The translations under genes and the position numbers were made by a program. Below the pieces are notes generated by a model. It had not been told where the DNA came from. It saw only the letters and a program-made list of their open reading frames with translations, and did no database searches. A stretch of 59,401 bases of DNA, taken from positions 199,124-258,524 of IMG/VR virus record IMGVR_UViG_3300021256_000055; one strand, given 5' to 3'. Of the stretch, positions 56,569 to 59,401 are shown piece after piece (the stretch's first letter is position 1; every line of letters begins with the position of its first letter). Origin of the DNA: a virus (lineage: Duplodnaviria > Heunggongvirae > Uroviricota > Caudoviricetes).

Positions 56569-56763
56569 CTAGAATAATGATTCATATAAGAACTTAAAAT
56601 AGCTCTTTTTACCAAGCCACTTTGATTTGTCAATAAAGGGAAGCCAAATAAGCAATGCTTCAAGACAGATTCCCATAAAGCCAAAACAAATTACATTTAC
56701 TGAATCCATATTGGCCAGCTTCCCTGTTACCGCTAAAATTAAAATTGTAATAACTGAAATCAT
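56569..56763 (-). CDS. Two-TM membrane peptide
   Basis: Hydrophobic; GAGG SD. Confidence 0.7.
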   Translation of the reverse strand: MISVITILILAVTGKLANMDSVNVICFGFMGICLEALLIWLPFIDKSKWLGKKSYFKFLYESLF

Positions 56764-56849
56764 AATTTACCTCTATTATGATATGTTGACAATTCTGTAG
56801 AAGTATAAAAAAGACCAGACATTTTTTTGTCTGGTCTTTCTGAACTGAC

Positions 56850-57350
56850 TTAAATAAATTCTATAGAATCCGCAACTGGCATACAGTCATATATGTTATT
56901 GTTTTCATAAGTAGAAAAGAATCCGGTTATTCTAACTTTTCTTCCTACATTTTCTTTAGAAAACCTCGCAAGCTTTATACCGAGCCTATCAGCAAAGATT
57001 CGGGTACCAAAACCCATACTATCTTCTATACACAAGCTAGTATTACTAGTTACTTTACGGATTTTGCCTTCAAATGTAAACGAAGATCTTTCTTTACATT
57101 TTTTATCATACTCCGCATTTAGCTCTGCACCAGTTTTAACAAGCATATCAATGATGTCTCTAAGCTGGCTTGAAGTATACCTTGTTGGATCACATAAGTC
57201 GTTCCAATCAAACGATTGCTTTTTTAAGTACCTATTGCCATAATTGACATTACGCAAAAGATTCAAATATTTTGTATCATATTGCGCATCAACATTATCT
57301 AGATTCCTATAAAGGAAATCCACATTTGATTTTGCTACCTGAACAAACAT
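56850..57350 (-). CDS. Hypothetical protein with possible C-terminal OB-fold
   Basis: FEGKIRKV ... GRKVRITG pattern. Confidence 0.55.
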   Translation of the reverse strand: MFVQVAKSNVDFLYRNLDNVDAQYDTKYLNLLRNVNYGNRYLKKQSFDWNDLCDPTRYTSSQLRDIIDMLVKTGAELNAEYDKKCKERSSFTFEGKIRKVTSNTSLCIEDSMGFGTRIFADRLGIKLARFSKENVGRKVRITGFFSTYENNNIYDCMPVADSIEFI

Positions 57351-57616
57351 TAAGCCTCCTTAAGGCTTACATTCCAGAATCTATAGCCCTTACGTGTAGT
57401 AACATGCTCAACATCGAGCTGTGTAGCTTTAGTCAGATAAAGCGTTTCTTTCAGTTCTTTTTCAAGCTGCTTAGAATTGTAAACTCTTTCTCCATCATTT
57501 TCATGATGAGCTAAAGCTTTTACTTCAACATAGCCATCATTTATGAAAACGTCATCAATACGGTTGCGATTCAAAAGTGACATACAAGCATCAGTCAAGT
57601 CCTTAAACTTTGGCAT
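57350..57616 (-). CDS. Hypothetical protein (paralog of the 38808 N-terminus)
   Basis: GGAG SD and promoter. Confidence 0.75.
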   Translation of the reverse strand: MPKFKDLTDACMSLLNRNRIDDVFINDGYVEVKALAHHENDGERVYNSKQLEKELKETLYLTKATQLDVEHVTTRKGYRFWNVSLKEA

Positions 57617-57688
57617 AATTTCCTCCTTACAAATATAATATGTCTATAGAGCTTTTAAATCCTAAAAACTCTACAGACTTATCTAACA

Positions 57689-58171
57689 TTATTCTGGATA
57701 AGAATCACAGAAAACACCACTAAGAGCATTGCGCAACATGAAAGCTTTAAGGCTGTCATATCGCCAGCTATTGCGAGCATAGCGGTCATACTCTTCTTTT
57801 GCTTTTTCAGCATAATGCTTAACATCACGATCTGTGAAATCAAATGGGTATTTCACATATATTCGGATGCTTTTCTTATTGAGCTTCACCAATGCAATTG
57901 TGTCAGGTTTACGCCAATTTGACAGTTCCAGCGCACTAAGTATTTCATATGGCAAAAGCTGATGTTCTTCGTCAAATGAAATAATATGTCGAGACGATCT
58001 CAGTCCGGGAAAATCAAGCTCTTTAGCATAATGTTCCATTTCTTCAACTGAATCGCAGAATCGTACACGTTCATTATCACCCCAGCGGAACTGAGCTGCA
58101 ATACCAGATTCTTTTTTTAAGAATTCGTTGTAAACTGTTGTTACAACATTTTTTAAGTCAATACCTTCCAT
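57689..58171 (-). CDS. Hypothetical protein
   Basis: GAGG SD at +1. Confidence 0.75.
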   Translation of the reverse strand: MEGIDLKNVVTTVYNEFLKKESGIAAQFRWGDNERVRFCDSVEEMEHYAKELDFPGLRSSRHIISFDEEHQLLPYEILSALELSNWRKPDTIALVKLNKKSIRIYVKYPFDFTDRDVKHYAEKAKEEYDRYARNSWRYDSLKAFMLRNALSGVFCDSYPE

Positions 58172-58257
58172 ATTTTACCTCATATATAATATGTCTGCAG
58201 AACTATAGAAGTATAAAAAAATCCGTTAAACTTTTCTAGCTTAACGGATTTAATTTG

Positions 58258-58605
58258 TTATGCACTTAAAATAGCTTCAAGTTCATCACATTGCTTTTGA
58301 TGTTCCACAATTTGTTTTTTATGGTATTCTATAAGGCCTGTGAGAGACCCAATATACTCTATACTACCCATATCATCGTAGTCTTTAAGCAAAGCGATAT
58401 AAATATTCTTGCTTTCATTTTTAATAAAGTCTTCTTCATTAAAATCTGAATCACAGTCAGGCTCATTTTCCAGATATTGCTTCCAGAGCTTAAAAGCTTT
58501 CTTAGCTTCCGTTTTTGGAAACTTAAAAATTCGATATTTTAGACCAGTGTCTATTTCGTATGTTTTAAGCTTATCCCAAGCTGCTTTACCTAATGCCATA
58601 TTCAT
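58258..58605 (-). CDS. Hypothetical protein (start moved to MNMALG)
   Basis: GGGAG SD upstream of 58605. Confidence 0.7.
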   Translation of the reverse strand: MNMALGKAAWDKLKTYEIDTGLKYRIFKFPKTEAKKAFKLWKQYLENEPDCDSDFNEEDFIKNESKNIYIALLKDYDDMGSIEYIGSLTGLIEYHKKQIVEHQKQCDELEAILSA

Positions 58606-58609
58606 CGTA

Positions 58610-58858
58610 CTAATCTCCCATAATGTTTGCTTTGTAATAGTCAAGTGTTTTATTAGCAAAGTCCCAAAGCCAGCCACCATCAAGTGGATACTTATCAGGA
58701 TCAACAAGTACTGGAAAGATGTCCGGATATTGCAGGTAATAGCTATCCAGTTCGCCCCAGTTTACGCTGTTTTCTGTCTTTTCTTCTGGGTACTCAGTAT
58801 AATAGTCATCCAGGTAGTCCAGCAAGATTTTTGCAAGCTGTGTTTTTGTTCTTTTCAT
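58610..58858 (-). CDS. Acidic, aromatic-rich hypothetical protein
   Basis: GGAG SD. Confidence 0.7.
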   Translation of the reverse strand: MKRTKTQLAKILLDYLDDYYTEYPEEKTENSVNWGELDSYYLQYPDIFPVLVDPDKYPLDGGWLWDFANKTLDYYKANIMGD

Positions 58859-58861
58859 AAG

Positions 58862-59269
58862 TTACTCCTTCTTAACAAGTGTCTTCATTAACAGTGCTAC
58901 CTGAGCTTCCAGGTCAGCTATACGCTTTTCAAGAGCTGCAGTTTTATCGGGCCTGATAACGTTCTTTTCTGGATCCCACTTGATTGTAGCATTTGTGTCC
59001 ATATTACCCGTATTATACAAGGTAACTTTACACAAGCCCTGAGTAGCATAAAAGCTTTTAATATCGACCTTAGCTACTTCTCTTGACCCATGACCCCAGC
59101 CCTTTTGCCAGACTGTAAGACCAAGCAAAGCTTCTTTAATTCCATCTTCAGAAACTGGCTTACCCTGGATACGCTCTGAGAATTCTTCCTGGGCTGAACG
59201 CAAGCGGCCATTATTCGTCCAAGCATCGATGCTACCTGTTCCAAGCGAAGCATAATCAAACTTTTCCAT
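58862..59269 (-). CDS. Hypothetical protein with C-terminal coiled coil
   Basis: GGAGG SD at +1; LEKRIADLEAQVALL. Confidence 0.75.
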   Translation of the reverse strand: MEKFDYASLGTGSIDAWTNNGRLRSAQEEFSERIQGKPVSEDGIKEALLGLTVWQKGWGHGSREVAKVDIKSFYATQGLCKVTLYNTGNMDTNATIKWDPEKNVIRPDKTAALEKRIADLEAQVALLMKTLVKKE

Positions 59270-59401
59270 AATTGCCTCCGAATATAATATGTAAATAAGC
59301 CTGCAGAAGTACAGAAACTCTACAGACTTATCTAACTTCTAAAATGCTGCTGTACCAATACGGCCATGAACTGGAATCCCTTTATGAATAATATTTGTAA
59401 G

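Larger units (their letters stand above)
12950..59335 (-). repeat. Dispersed regulatory repeat (promoter plus leader, with or without terminator), about 70 copies
   Basis: The + strand consensus gtttacatatataatatgt-N7-tctRYagaagtaYaaaa recurs every 0.2-1.8 kb upstream of minus-strand genes. Confidence 0.95.

Noticed and set aside
2071-58891. Short opposite-strand or alternate-frame ORFs in the track (e.g. 2071+, 4774+, 19299+, 28121+, 35444+, 48549+, 52719+, 58409+; 3579-, 12612-, 12730-, 50961-, 59074-)
   Set aside because: Shadow ORFs overlapping better-supported genes, without SD or promoter and with atypical composition.
12950-59335. CRISPR array
   Set aside because: Repeats are degenerate, spaced 0.2-1.8 kb apart and separated by whole ORFs; no cas genes are present.
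12950-59335. True integron cassette array
   Set aside because: Only a GTTAGAA core resemblance; there is no RYYYAAC...GTTRRRY attC hairpin at cassette ends, cassettes carry their own promoters, and no IntI is in the window.
1-59401. Stop-codon reassignment
   Set aside because: Genes end cleanly at TAA and TAG next to cassette boundaries, long ORFs are intact in code 11, and no suppressor tRNA was seen.

Overview
A 59.4 kb, AT-rich segment of a large, probably contractile-tailed bacteriophage, read in the standard genetic code. Positions 1-11.7 kb hold structural and housekeeping genes: a T4 gp19-like tail tube, a large protein with a tube-like C-terminus, a 5'-3' exonuclease/RNase H, a HAD phosphatase, a BspA-type LRR protein and a glycosyltransferase-like protein. 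A low-complexity junction lies at 11.75-12.4 kb. From 12.4 kb to the end is a 47 kb array of about 100 small genes, almost all on the minus strand. These sit in about 70 short transcription units (manual count 70-75). Each unit has the same promoter, TT(A/G)TAC-N17 (containing the palindrome TCTAYAGA)-CATATT-N6-G(+1), and often the same mRNA leader, GUAAACAAAUAA...GGAGG. The array also encodes two clear tRNAs, two atypical tRNA-like elements, several promoter-driven ORF-free RNAs, a CCA-adding enzyme, a TARG1/DarG-type macrodomain, an adenine methyltransferase, radical-SAM and GP88-like proteins, and several paralog families. The top lead: four minus-strand transcript 3' ends (about 16.0, 26.9, 34.8 and 47.5 kb) carry the reverse complement of the shared leader or Shine-Dalgarno directly against a terminator hairpin. 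This suggests trans-acting anti-leader RNAs that could repress many array mRNAs at once. A second motif, CTAATT, marks genes lacking the array promoter and is a candidate late promoter. All functional calls come from motif recognition by eye; no searches were run.
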